Of a stretch of 64,000 nt of DNA, positions 47,356 to 56,344 are shown one piece after another. Position numbers and translations under genes: made by a program. Numbering within the stretch: the first letter of the stretch is position 1; every line of letters starts with the position of its first letter. Under the pieces are notes generated by a model. The model was not told the DNA's origin. It worked only from the letters and a program-made list of their open reading frames with translations, and searched no databases. The stretch lies in assembly GCA_944386985.1 (NCBI GenBank), contig CALXDD010000012.1:153-64152 (forward strand). The letters are read 5' to 3'. Source of the DNA: an uncultured Oscillospiraceae bacterium (GTDB taxonomy: Bacteria > Bacillota > Clostridia > Oscillospirales > Oscillospiraceae).

Positions 47356-47787
47356 ATGGATTATACACTTGTTTTTATCAGTTCCATCCTCCCCATTCTT
47401 ATGGTTGTGGCCGTTGTTGTACTGATTGTGGTCTTGGCCAAAAAGGGCGCGTTCAGCACAAAGGCCGCGCCCCAGATCACCATGCGGGAGGGAGAGTTTT
47501 CCATACTGGCCGCCCATGTGGTTTGGATGCAGAAAAAAATCTATCTCAACAAATACAGCATCCCCCACGGGGTCCTGGACATCACCAATCAGCGGGTGGT
47601 CTATACCAGGCTCTCCGGCGACAAGGTGGACTTCGCGCTGGAGAAATCCGAAATCGCAACGGTGATCCACAGGGGAAAGATCGGCGTCAAGATCGTTGCC
47701 ACAAACGGCGCCGACTACGTCATCAACATCATGCCTCCCACCCATGTGGAAAACGCCATGGCCCAGATGGGCGTTCCTATTCAGTGA
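47356..47787 (+). CDS. Small membrane-anchored PH/GRAM-like protein, unknown function
   Basis: 143 aa. RBS AAAAGGAGAAG. One N-terminal TM segment. Confidence 0.7.
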   Translation: MDYTLVFISSILPILMVVAVVVLIVVLAKKGAFSTKAAPQITMREGEFSILAAHVVWMQKKIYLNKYSIPHGVLDITNQRVVYTRLSGDKVDFALEKSEIATVIHRGKIGVKIVATNGADYVINIMPPTHVENAMAQMGVPIQ

Positions 47788-47908
47788 TTGCCGGCGGGCA
47801 GCACCTGGATCATTCCATCCATTCTGCCCTGCACAAGCGGCAGACAGCCGCGCCGCGGTACATACAGCAAGTCTGCCCTTTTCCACAGATCCTGCCCCTT
47901 TTCAGCAT

Positions 47909-47940
47909 CAGAGCGAGGACCGGCTATGGTCCTCGCTCTG
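47909..47940. terminator. Hairpin between convergent genes
   Basis: 13-bp stem CAGAGCGAGGACC / GGTCCTCGCTCTG with a 6-nt loop. No clear T-run. Confidence 0.5.
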
Positions 47941-47948
47941 TCATATCC

Positions 47949-48671
47949 CTATATGTTATTATTTGACTCCAGAGAATTTAATATGCTTTCCAACGGATCC
48001 CAGAAGCAATATCTCCGGATCTCCTTCGACAGCTCCGGGTGCTGGCGCAATTGACGTACGATCACCGGGAATTCTGTGCATCCAAGAATCACGTTGGAGG
48101 ACGGAAATCCAGACAGGAAGTCCACCAACCGAAGAAGAATCTCTTCGTTCACGTTGTTTTGCTTTACCGCCTCAATAAAAAGTCTCAATGTGGGATACTG
48201 CTTTTCTGTGGGGCTGGTGCAGTCGATATGAAAATTCGCCAGACGCAGGCCGTACAGGTTCTTTGCCAAAGTTCCCTCCGCAGCCAGGACGGTGACGTCA
48301 TGGACCTGTGCTGACTGCAATTCGGCGCCCAGCGTATCCACCATATGAATCACTCGCGGCTCTGCTTCAGGGACCACTTGGAATACGTCCTCCAGGAAGC
48401 AATGGGCCGCGCCACACACCAGAATAATTTTTTCTACATTTTCCCGCAGCATCAGCCGCATGGACTGCGCCATCGCCTGTACAATTTCCTCCCGGCCTGA
48501 GCCGCTCAGGAGGCATCTGGTTCTGCTGGGCATTTTGAAATTGTTGTCCATGACGATGCGGGGATAATTTCGTTCACAGTCTGAACGGAATCTGATAAAG
48601 AGGCGCGATAAGAAATCCAAGGTTGCAAATGCGCCGAAGCCGCCTATAATGCCAATGCTGTCATACTTCAT
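47949..48671 (-). CDS. Aspartate/glutamate racemase family protein
   Basis: 240 aa. GIIGGFG start, with Cys motifs LVCGAAHCF and ILGCTEFPV. Confidence 0.85.
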   Translation of the reverse strand: MKYDSIGIIGGFGAFATLDFLSRLFIRFRSDCERNYPRIVMDNNFKMPSRTRCLLSGSGREEIVQAMAQSMRLMLRENVEKIILVCGAAHCFLEDVFQVVPEAEPRVIHMVDTLGAELQSAQVHDVTVLAAEGTLAKNLYGLRLANFHIDCTSPTEKQYPTLRLFIEAVKQNNVNEEILLRLVDFLSGFPSSNVILGCTEFPVIVRQLRQHPELSKEIRRYCFWDPLESILNSLESNNNI

Positions 48672-48849
48672 CGGTCATGCCTTTCTCCCTTTCCAAGGCC
48701 AGCGCAAAGAGTTCCGGATCAATCTTTTCTCTCTGATACGACTGGCTTGAAACGCAGCTGCAGCAAAATCCCATCCAAGCCAGGGCGTTGGTCCATCGCA
48801 TCTCCCGTGTAACTTCTCTTGATAGCGTTGTGCTAAATTTATTGTTTCC

Positions 48850-49515
48850 TTACCAGCAATAACCATATTGGGGGTCAGACAGCACCGCCTGTGCATATTG
48901 AATATCCTTCGGCGTGTCAATTTCCAAACGCTCCACAAGGCACGCCGGAAGCGGCAAAAAATGTTCCAGCTGTTGATAGACATATGTATTTTTATCTGCC
49001 AGCAGCTTGGAGTGTACAACAGCAATATTGGACCACTCATATTCACTTCTGGCCGTTCGGGAGAAGGAGTGAATACAGTGATTTTGGTCCAGGTGAACAA
49101 AGACCGCGTCCTCACTGTTCACCGGAGCGATTCCTATCACCGTCTCTCCCTGTGCATAGTCCAGGAAAGCAGACAGGCTCTCCCGCTGCGGAATAATATC
49201 CCCGTCCAGCAGAAGAAACGGCTCATCCAGATCTTTGACGCCCAGATAGTAGCTTTGCAGCGTGTTGGTCGTGGCGTAATCCCGGTTGACAACGATCTCA
49301 ATGTCAGGCCGCAGCGCCTTTGCGGCGGCGGCGGCTTCTTCCCCATGGTAGCCCACAACAATGCGTACATGGGGGAATTCACGCAGCAATTCCAACTGGT
49401 AGGAGAGGATACTGCGTCCGTTGACCTCAACAAGGGCTTTAGGAATGCCGCGCTGCAGTCTGCTCCCCATTCCCGCGGCTGCAATGACCGCATATCGAAC
49501 GGAGTCTTTCATCAC
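48850..49515 (-). CDS. Nucleotidyltransferase (LicC/cytidylyltransferase-like)
   Basis: 221 aa. The N-terminal AVIAAAGMGSRL...PKALV is an NTP-transferase signature. The start overlaps the methyltransferase stop (GTG at 49515 or ATG at 49512). Confidence 0.85.
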   Translation of the reverse strand: MMKDSVRYAVIAAAGMGSRLQRGIPKALVEVNGRSILSYQLELLREFPHVRIVVGYHGEEAAAAAKALRPDIEIVVNRDYATTNTLQSYYLGVKDLDEPFLLLDGDIIPQRESLSAFLDYAQGETVIGIAPVNSEDAVFVHLDQNHCIHSFSRTARSEYEWSNIAVVHSKLLADKNTYVYQQLEHFLPLPACLVERLEIDTPKDIQYAQAVLSDPQYGYCW

Positions 49516-50258
49516 TTCATCCCCAAATTCTTTCTTAGAATAAAATAGAATTGTGCCGTTTCCTTGCGGTTATTGAGGGCGGCATTGTCAAACATCGGAC
49601 CATGCTCACAGAGGGTAAAGGCCGGCGCATTTTCGGTAAGCATGGCCAGATATTCCTCCTTGGTCCGGTAAATGGTATTGTACTCATGCTGCAGCTCCTC
49701 GGAGTAGAACTCCTTCAGGGTAAGCCGGTCAGACAGGCCCATCGGCTCACGCAGGTATACAACCGCATGGTCCTGCGTCAGCCCGTCCAGCGCTTGAAAA
49801 ACTTGTTTGACATCTCTGTCATTCAAATACATCATGACGCCGGAAATAATGACGTGCGTGGCCGGAGGAATCTGATTTTTGTGATAAAATTCTTCAATGT
49901 GGGGGGCTGAAACACATGCAAACGTAAAATTTGATTTCTTATTCCTCTGCTTTGAAATGCTTATGAGTTCTTCTGAAAAATCGCATCCCAAATAGGCGTC
50001 TATTTCCTGTGAAATGGCATCTGCCCAGCGCCCTACGCCACAGCCAATATCCAAAACGCGGGAATGGCTGTCAAGCTGGAGCAACGGCAGGATCTTTGCG
50101 ATTTCGATCTGATTTCTCTCTTCGGCAATCTCCGGATGATTGTCCTGATACATAGTGGAGATGTACGGATGCTCAGGATCATATTTTTTCGCTCTGTCCG
50201 CATAGAAGACCTTCGTCTTTTCATATGCAATCTCTACCTGTTCACCAACAATTCTCAT
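49512..50258 (-). CDS. Class I SAM-dependent methyltransferase
   Basis: 248 aa. Motif I VLDIGCGVGRWA. Confidence 0.9.
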   Translation of the reverse strand: MRIVGEQVEIAYEKTKVFYADRAKKYDPEHPYISTMYQDNHPEIAEERNQIEIAKILPLLQLDSHSRVLDIGCGVGRWADAISQEIDAYLGCDFSEELISISKQRNKKSNFTFACVSAPHIEEFYHKNQIPPATHVIISGVMMYLNDRDVKQVFQALDGLTQDHAVVYLREPMGLSDRLTLKEFYSEELQHEYNTIYRTKEEYLAMLTENAPAFTLCEHGPMFDNAALNNRKETAQFYFILRKNLGMK

Positions 50259-50315
50259 GCAAGCAATTCCTTTTCATTTTTGTAAAACCACTCTCATCCG
50301 CCATATGCGGCCGGA

Positions 50316-51758
50316 TCAAAGGCACTCCTCAAAAAGCGCTTCCCAGAGATGATCGCAGATCCGTTCCGCCGCCCTTCCATCCGCCAGCGGAAGGTATTGG
50401 GCACGCACCTCTGCCCGGATGGCGCGATTGGGATCTTCTCCCCTCCTCACGCGCTCCAAAAAGGCAATGATCCCCTCGCAGTCTGTCGCCTGCTCCATCC
50501 AGTGGTTGCTCACCATTTGTTCCTCAGACGTTTTCACTGCCAAAGTCTTTCCAGGAATCTGGACCCAGAGCAGCGGCTTGTCCAACAGCAGATACTGGAT
50601 CATCATGGAGCTGAAATCCGAGACCTGGCCATGGGAACAGACAAAGGAGGGGCCGTATTCCGGTTCTGTGTCCAGCACCAGATTGCTGCCGGCGCGCACC
50701 GTGTCCATCATACGTTCCAGCTTGCGGTACTGCTCCGGCTCATGGAGCTTCATCACTGCTTCCGACATGGGGTGCGGCCGCCAAATCAGCGCGTACTCCT
50801 GATGCGCAGCAAACCAGGGGAGCATCTGGTCCAGCAAATCCAGGGAGGAAGCATTGCCATCAAACCAGGTGTTCCAGAGAATGACTGTCCGCCCCTCCAC
50901 CTTCGGCTGCCATGCCTGAGGAATCCCACAGGGATTTTGCTTCAAATGAACCGCATAGTCCATTTTGGGGATTCCGGTCACCATCAGGTTTTCGCCGTGG
51001 CGCTGGTTGTACCGCGCGAAATAATTGGCAAAACGCGGGGATGAGCCGGCAATGCGCCAGGCATAGGTGTGGATGGGCATGTTGCACAGGGTCACCCTGG
51101 AATCCGAATACATCATATGGGGGATAAAATAGGGCAGATACACCAGACGCGTATATTTTGCAATATTTTCCGCCCAGAATTCCGGCGTGGTGACGCTCTC
51201 ATAGGGCTGGCAGGTGAACGCCAGCTCCGGGCAGTCCTGCTCGGGATTGTACTCCCAGTAGTTCTGAAAGGGAATTCCCATCCCGGTCAAATAGTCCTCA
51301 TAAATGAGCTCCACCTCGGTCTTCCCATCGATCTCCCTGGCCCGGAAAATAGGGGTCAGGACTACCATCGGGTCAAAGCGGGGATCCTGCCGCATGGTCT
51401 GATAGACCGAGTCCATGGAATCCCACTTGCCCCCCAGCTCCGCAAAGAAGACCGCCCGGACCTGAACGGAGATATCGTCCCGCATAGAGCGGCGCAGATG
51501 CTCCAGCCGCTCGGCCACATCATCCGGCAGCGGCAGACGCCATTGGGTTTGCACCTGCTCCAGCAGATCCATCGGCGTTGTGTTTTTCCAGTCGGGCTGC
51601 GCTTGACGCAGAATCGTTTCAATCTGCCCAAACATCTGCGCACCACTTTGAATCAAGTCTTGACACAATTCTGAATTGCCGCTGCTGTGAATATACTCAG
51701 CGGCTTCCGTCAGTGTGCGGCACACTTCATCCAGTTGTACCAGTCTTGAAAAGCGCAT
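50316..51758 (-). CDS. CDP-glycerol glycerophosphotransferase (TagB/TagF) family protein
   Basis: 480 aa. TagF-like C-terminal half (ALIWRPHPMSE...SDFSSMMIQYLLLDKP). Confidence 0.85.
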   Translation of the reverse strand: MRFSRLVQLDEVCRTLTEAAEYIHSSGNSELCQDLIQSGAQMFGQIETILRQAQPDWKNTTPMDLLEQVQTQWRLPLPDDVAERLEHLRRSMRDDISVQVRAVFFAELGGKWDSMDSVYQTMRQDPRFDPMVVLTPIFRAREIDGKTEVELIYEDYLTGMGIPFQNYWEYNPEQDCPELAFTCQPYESVTTPEFWAENIAKYTRLVYLPYFIPHMMYSDSRVTLCNMPIHTYAWRIAGSSPRFANYFARYNQRHGENLMVTGIPKMDYAVHLKQNPCGIPQAWQPKVEGRTVILWNTWFDGNASSLDLLDQMLPWFAAHQEYALIWRPHPMSEAVMKLHEPEQYRKLERMMDTVRAGSNLVLDTEPEYGPSFVCSHGQVSDFSSMMIQYLLLDKPLLWVQIPGKTLAVKTSEEQMVSNHWMEQATDCEGIIAFLERVRRGEDPNRAIRAEVRAQYLPLADGRAAERICDHLWEALFEECL

Positions 51759-51771
51759 ACTCTCTCCCTCT

Positions 51772-52965
51772 CTATTTCCCGCAGGTTTCGATCAATTCTT
51801 TTAGAATGGCCGTGGTCTTTTTCGCGCCTGATGGGCTCAAATGATCCTGGTCAATGTAATCTACAGGCTGAAGCAGGCTGACCTCATGGAAGTCCAGAAA
51901 ATGGTACTCCCCTTCTACTGCGTCCAGCGCTGCAAAATAGTCCTCTTTCAACCTGGGGTCCAAATGGCGCAGATAGTACTCAGTCTGCGGCATGCACAAA
52001 ATGTAAACATTGATTTTTTTCTCATTGCAGTATGAGACAAAATCCTTCAAAACGGCGCTGTTTTCCCGGTAACTCTCCACATGACGCAGCAGTTTGTTAT
52101 GGTCCCGGCACCGAGCCTGGGCAAAGACGTCTTTCACAGATGGCGGAAGCATTTTCCAGGCAAACTCGCCGGGAGTCCTCTGATCTGACAGCTCCCGCAA
52201 GCAGCGGTTGCATATCCTCCATCCATCGGTACTGCTGAAAGCGAAGCTCCGTGTTATTTTCACGGACTCCCCGCCCATCTGCTCATAAAACTGCCTGCAA
52301 TAGTGCTCCAATACCCGATGCTCGTCCAAAAAAGAGAGTTCCTCCAAAAGCATCCTATCCGGCGCCGCAGCATCCGAAATACCGGCGTGGTGCGCATCCT
52401 TTAAAACAGGGTAGTAGGTATCCCGGATCAGTCCTCTGGCATAGGCGCTGTCCGCCCGGGAGATATCGGAATAAAACCAGTAGTAGCCGCTGGCCAGAAC
52501 GATGTGGCGGAGGTTGGGGTTGCGCCGGATCACCGTTTCGGCCAGTTTGCAGGTATAATAGATGTCCTGGGCGTCCAGACCCAAATTTACACAGGAGGCT
52601 CCCAGCCCCGGCGCCCACAGGCCGTATTTGGCATAGGAGGAACCCAGAATCACCGTGTCGGTGGAGGGCCTGCTTGCTTTTTCCAGGGCATACTCCAAAT
52701 AGTACTGCTCCGCTTCACAGTAGGCCGTCCAGGAGATTTCCTGAAGATAGGCGTCCAGAGTATCCCAGCAAAGGATCGGCGGATTCTTTTCAATCTCCAC
52801 AAAAGGCAGACGTTTTATGTCGGCTTTGGTGGGAATGACAAGGAGAGAGACGTCGTCCGGGACCACAGCTTCTCTCGGGAGGCTTGTCAGCTGCACTCCC
52901 TCGGCCATCATTTGCTTGAGAAGCTCAAAAGTCTCATCATCCAAGAATTTGCAATATATCTGCAC
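51772..52965 (-). CDS. Uncharacterised protein with SGNH/DltD-like features
   Basis: 397 aa. VILGSSYAKYG (a possible nucleophile Ser block) and a C-terminal DQDHLS (DxxH-like block). Assignment is tentative. Confidence 0.7.
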   Translation of the reverse strand: MQIYCKFLDDETFELLKQMMAEGVQLTSLPREAVVPDDVSLLVIPTKADIKRLPFVEIEKNPPILCWDTLDAYLQEISWTAYCEAEQYYLEYALEKASRPSTDTVILGSSYAKYGLWAPGLGASCVNLGLDAQDIYYTCKLAETVIRRNPNLRHIVLASGYYWFYSDISRADSAYARGLIRDTYYPVLKDAHHAGISDAAAPDRMLLEELSFLDEHRVLEHYCRQFYEQMGGESVKITRSFAFSSTDGWRICNRCLRELSDQRTPGEFAWKMLPPSVKDVFAQARCRDHNKLLRHVESYRENSAVLKDFVSYCNEKKINVYILCMPQTEYYLRHLDPRLKEDYFAALDAVEGEYHFLDFHEVSLLQPVDYIDQDHLSPSGAKKTTAILKELIETCGK

Positions 52966-53051
52966 GGTTTCACCTAATTTCTATTTCAAGATACGGTCCC
53001 ACTCTTGTCTGACTGCCAGCAATAAAAGGTCTGCTTAAAATCTGAGTTCTA

Positions 53052-55190
53052 TCAGAGCTCAACATCCTCAATCAAATAGGCTACCTTCTGATAGGCCGCA
53101 CTTTGCTTCAACGCCGCTACCGCAGGGTCGTTAGAGGGGTATTGCACCAAAATGGCGCGGACATTTTTTGCCAATGCCAAAAGTTCAGGCGACACTTGTT
53201 GCTGCATCTCTTTTTTTTCGTACTCCACCAAAAATGTCACAAAAGCTTTCATTTGAGGAGCAGCGCGAAGGGCCGAACGAAGGGAACGAATATACGCAGC
53301 CTTGTCTCCTTGTATCTGTAACGAACGAGCTGTCAGATAGATTAACGAAAACTTGTCGATTTCGTTGAGCGCACAGCAGGCACCTTGACAAGCCAGCACT
53401 TCCGGAGCGTAACAGTGGTTCAGAAAGTTCTCTGCCGTATTCGAATAAGCTTCACTTAGCAAAAGAGCGGTCTCTGAGTCTGAAAAATTCTTTTTTTGCA
53501 TCAGCGCTGCCGCCAGCATCCAATAGAGCATCTGAATCTGGGACAGAGAATCAAGGTCAATTTTCTCCTTTTGCGAGAGGATCAGTGAAGCAAAATCTTC
53601 ACACATTTCCGCCAATGTCAGGGCGGTTGTCTGCAGCCATTTTACGCTCTGTTGCGCCATACTGTCTGGGAATATGGCCCCATATTTCAATGCATGGGCC
53701 AACGCCTGGGGCGGAAATGCATCCCAGTCCTCTACCTCAGACAAAAACTTACTAATCTCTTTATCATCAGAAGCCGCCATTACTTTTGCCGCCAGCCCGA
53801 AGGAGCCCGGTGACATCAATAAAATCCGCCATGCTTCTTCCGGCTCATCCGCTGATTCCGCCTTTTTGCTTGAGAATAGCACCTGACAAATTGCCTGGAA
53901 AGCATCGCGCTGCCTTTTTTCCCACGCAGAAACCTCTGCATTCATATAGTTCGCGTCGATTGTATGCACCATCTGTGCCATAAGCTCCTGTGCATTAGGG
54001 TTGTCTTTGTGCAGAATAAGCGCTTTGACCCAGTCCTGAATACTTTCTCCCGGTACTTGATGAATAGGCCAGTCAGCCAGCATGTCCAGCGACTTTTTTG
54101 ATTTTCCTATTTTCTCCAGGGCAATCGAAGCAATGGCTTTCACCTTAAAGCTGTGTGTAATATCTGCCGCACCCAAAACGCTGGTTGCCGACTCTAAAAC
54201 GGGCACGTCCTTTTTCTGATATTGCGTAAACGTCCGCAGATACTTTTTGGTCAATTCCGGCAGCCTGTCATAGTGTTTGCGCTCATATTCCAGCAAAATC
54301 TCGGCAAATGTTGTATCCAGTTTGGTCGCTATGTGGGTAGGATAATGTTCTTTACTCCACCGAATCCACTCCTCTGCCTGGGGCAATTGCAGCACTGTCC
54401 CAAATAGGGCGCAGTGGGCAGCAAGACCGGGTGCGCTGACACTTTGAAGGACATTCTGATCCGCATGCTGCAATACCTGAGCACTCTGTACCACATACGC
54501 AGCCCGCCTGTTGGGAAATCTGCTGGAGGATTCTATACACTGGCCCAAACGGGTCAAGTCATCTGGGTGCTGCTCCAGTTCCTTATCCAGCAAGTCCAGA
54601 TTGCGCCTTGCCTTGGCCTCCTGGGCTTCAGGCGACTCCAATGCATAGCCGTCATGGTGCAGAATGATTCCCGGCAAACATCCTATCAGCTCCGCAGTAA
54701 GCTGGCGTCCGTTTTTGCTGAAAACCTCATGAATGGTTCCCCTATAACGAATGCCAATCCCCAGCCGCGCCATTCTCAATACCAAAAAATCGGAGCATAC
54801 GCCCTCCTGCATCTCAGGAGTCAGGTAATTGCGCACTGTAATAAGGCAGGTATCCGGCCAGCTGGATTCCGGTTCACAAAACAGGCATCGCAGTTCATCA
54901 ATATTGGGGTCCAAATATTCGTCGGCATCTATGGCTAAATACCATTTTCCGCTACAGCGCTCCATTACAGCATTTCGCGCTGCGGAAAAGTCGTTGACCC
55001 ACGGAAAATCAAACAAAATATCCGCATACTGTTCCGCTATCTCCCGGGTACCATCCGTGGAACCGGTATCGGCAATTACCAGTTCACAAGAAATGGCCTT
55101 CCGTAAGGGCTGAAGAGCTTTCATGCATTTTTCAATGCATCGAATCTCATTTTTTACAATCATGCCAATGGAGAGGACAGGGGATTCCAT
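53052..55190 (-). CDS. Family-2 glycosyltransferase with a long helical (TPR-like) C-terminal region; candidate flagellin glycosyltransferase
   Basis: 712 aa. N-terminal GT2 motifs LSIGMIVKNE..., ADTGSTDGT, DADE. First gene downstream of the flagellin. Confidence 0.85.
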   Translation of the reverse strand: MESPVLSIGMIVKNEIRCIEKCMKALQPLRKAISCELVIADTGSTDGTREIAEQYADILFDFPWVNDFSAARNAVMERCSGKWYLAIDADEYLDPNIDELRCLFCEPESSWPDTCLITVRNYLTPEMQEGVCSDFLVLRMARLGIGIRYRGTIHEVFSKNGRQLTAELIGCLPGIILHHDGYALESPEAQEAKARRNLDLLDKELEQHPDDLTRLGQCIESSSRFPNRRAAYVVQSAQVLQHADQNVLQSVSAPGLAAHCALFGTVLQLPQAEEWIRWSKEHYPTHIATKLDTTFAEILLEYERKHYDRLPELTKKYLRTFTQYQKKDVPVLESATSVLGAADITHSFKVKAIASIALEKIGKSKKSLDMLADWPIHQVPGESIQDWVKALILHKDNPNAQELMAQMVHTIDANYMNAEVSAWEKRQRDAFQAICQVLFSSKKAESADEPEEAWRILLMSPGSFGLAAKVMAASDDKEISKFLSEVEDWDAFPPQALAHALKYGAIFPDSMAQQSVKWLQTTALTLAEMCEDFASLILSQKEKIDLDSLSQIQMLYWMLAAALMQKKNFSDSETALLLSEAYSNTAENFLNHCYAPEVLACQGACCALNEIDKFSLIYLTARSLQIQGDKAAYIRSLRSALRAAPQMKAFVTFLVEYEKKEMQQQVSPELLALAKNVRAILVQYPSNDPAVAALKQSAAYQKVAYLIEDVEL

Positions 55191-55219
55191 GCTTGCTCAC
55201 ATCCTTTTCTGCGAGAGTT

Positions 55220-55285
55220 CCCTTTCCTTACCTGGAGAATGCCTCTCCAGGTAAGGAAAGGGGCCGGCCCAATCGGGCCGGCCCC
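55220..55285 (-). terminator. Two tandem GC-rich hairpins between flagellin and the glycosyltransferase (terminator, attenuator or processing site)
   Basis: Hairpin 1: GGGGCCGGCCC-gatt-GGGCCGGCCCC. Hairpin 2: CCCTTTCCTTACCTGGAGA-ggcat-TCTCCAGGTAAGGAAAGGG, a 19-bp stem. No T-run. Confidence 0.55.
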
Positions 55286-55330
55286 GCCATCTGCCATATA
55301 GTCCGTTGATTCGTAATGCGGTCAATAGGC

Positions 55331-56143
55331 TTACTGCAGCAGCTGCAGCACACCCTGAGGCACCGCGTTGGCCTGGGCCAGCATGGCCTGGGCAGACTGG
55401 ATGAGAATATTGTTCTTGGTGTAGGCCATCATCTCTTCGGCAACGTCGGTGTCGCGGATGGTGGACTCGGCGTCCTGAATGTTCTCGGTCATGACGCCCA
55501 GGTTGTTGATGGTATGCTCCAAACGGTTCTGGACGGCGCCCAGTTTGCCACGGATGGTGGAAACCGACTTTATCGCGGCATTGATGGTGCTGATTGCAGC
55601 CTGAGCACCGGTCTGAGTGCTGATATTCAGCTTGCTGATACTCAAAGAAGAGGTGCTCAACTGACCCACAGTAACGGTGAGACGGTTTACGGCGTTGTTC
55701 GTCTCGCCGATCTGGAAGGTGATGCCGGCGGTGGTGAACATATTCTGGCCGTTAAAATTGCTGGCGCTGCCGATACGATTGATTTCTTTTAACAGAGCGG
55801 TTACCTCTTCCTGCAGGCTGTCACGGTCGGTCTTCTCATAAGTGCCGTTAGCGGACTGGGTGGCCAGCTCCACCATACGGTTGAGCATATCGTGGACCTC
55901 GGTCAGGGCGCCTTCAGCGGTCTGCACCAGGGAGATACCGTCCTTGGCGTTGTCCTGAGCCTTCTCCAGGCCGGTGATCTGAGCGCGCATCTTCTCGCTG
56001 ATGGCCAGACCGGCGGCGTCATCACCGGCGCGGTTGATCTTGTAGCCGGAGGACAGCTTCTCCAGATTCTTGCTCAGAGCGCTGGTGTTGGTGTTGTAGT
56101 TACGGTAGGCGTTCATCGCCATGATGTTGTGTTGAATCCTCAT
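55331..56143 (-). CDS. fliC: Flagellin (short, D0/D1-only type)
   Basis: 270 aa. N-terminus MRIQHNIMAMNAYRNYNTNTSALSKNLEKLSSGYKINRAGDDAAGLAISEKMR. C-terminus LAQANAVPQGVLQLLQ. The centre is Ser/Thr-rich. Confidence 0.97.
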   Translation of the reverse strand: MRIQHNIMAMNAYRNYNTNTSALSKNLEKLSSGYKINRAGDDAAGLAISEKMRAQITGLEKAQDNAKDGISLVQTAEGALTEVHDMLNRMVELATQSANGTYEKTDRDSLQEEVTALLKEINRIGSASNFNGQNMFTTAGITFQIGETNNAVNRLTVTVGQLSTSSLSISKLNISTQTGAQAAISTINAAIKSVSTIRGKLGAVQNRLEHTINNLGVMTENIQDAESTIRDTDVAEEMMAYTKNNILIQSAQAMLAQANAVPQGVLQLLQ

Positions 56144-56149
56144 TTTAAT

Positions 56150-56320
56150 TGCTTCCTTTCAATATAAAATGGCTGTTTTTAGAGGAGTGCTGCGTTGCGC
56201 CTCAATTTCCTTATTTCAGCGCATCTGGTTTGGCGCGTTCAAAGCCGGACTCCGTGGCCTTTGTCATCCGGCCTCTCCCGCACGGTTTATCTATTCCAAC
56301 CGGCTCGCGAGGCCGGATGA
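56150..56320 (-). promoter_or_regulatory. Flagellin leader and promoter region
   Basis: Minus strand reads TAAA, 13 nt, GCCGGATGA, an imperfect match to the sigma-D/sigma-28 consensus TAAA-N15-GCCGATAA. A 12-bp perfect inverted repeat TCATCCGGCCTC (56264-56275) / GAGGCCGGATGA (56309-56320) competes with the hairpin CCGGC..GCCGG (56300-56316). Two A(N)GGA motifs are present (56207-56212 and, in the SD, 56153-56157). Confidence 0.4.
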
Positions 56321-56344
56321 AATCAAAACAAAAAATAATATTAT

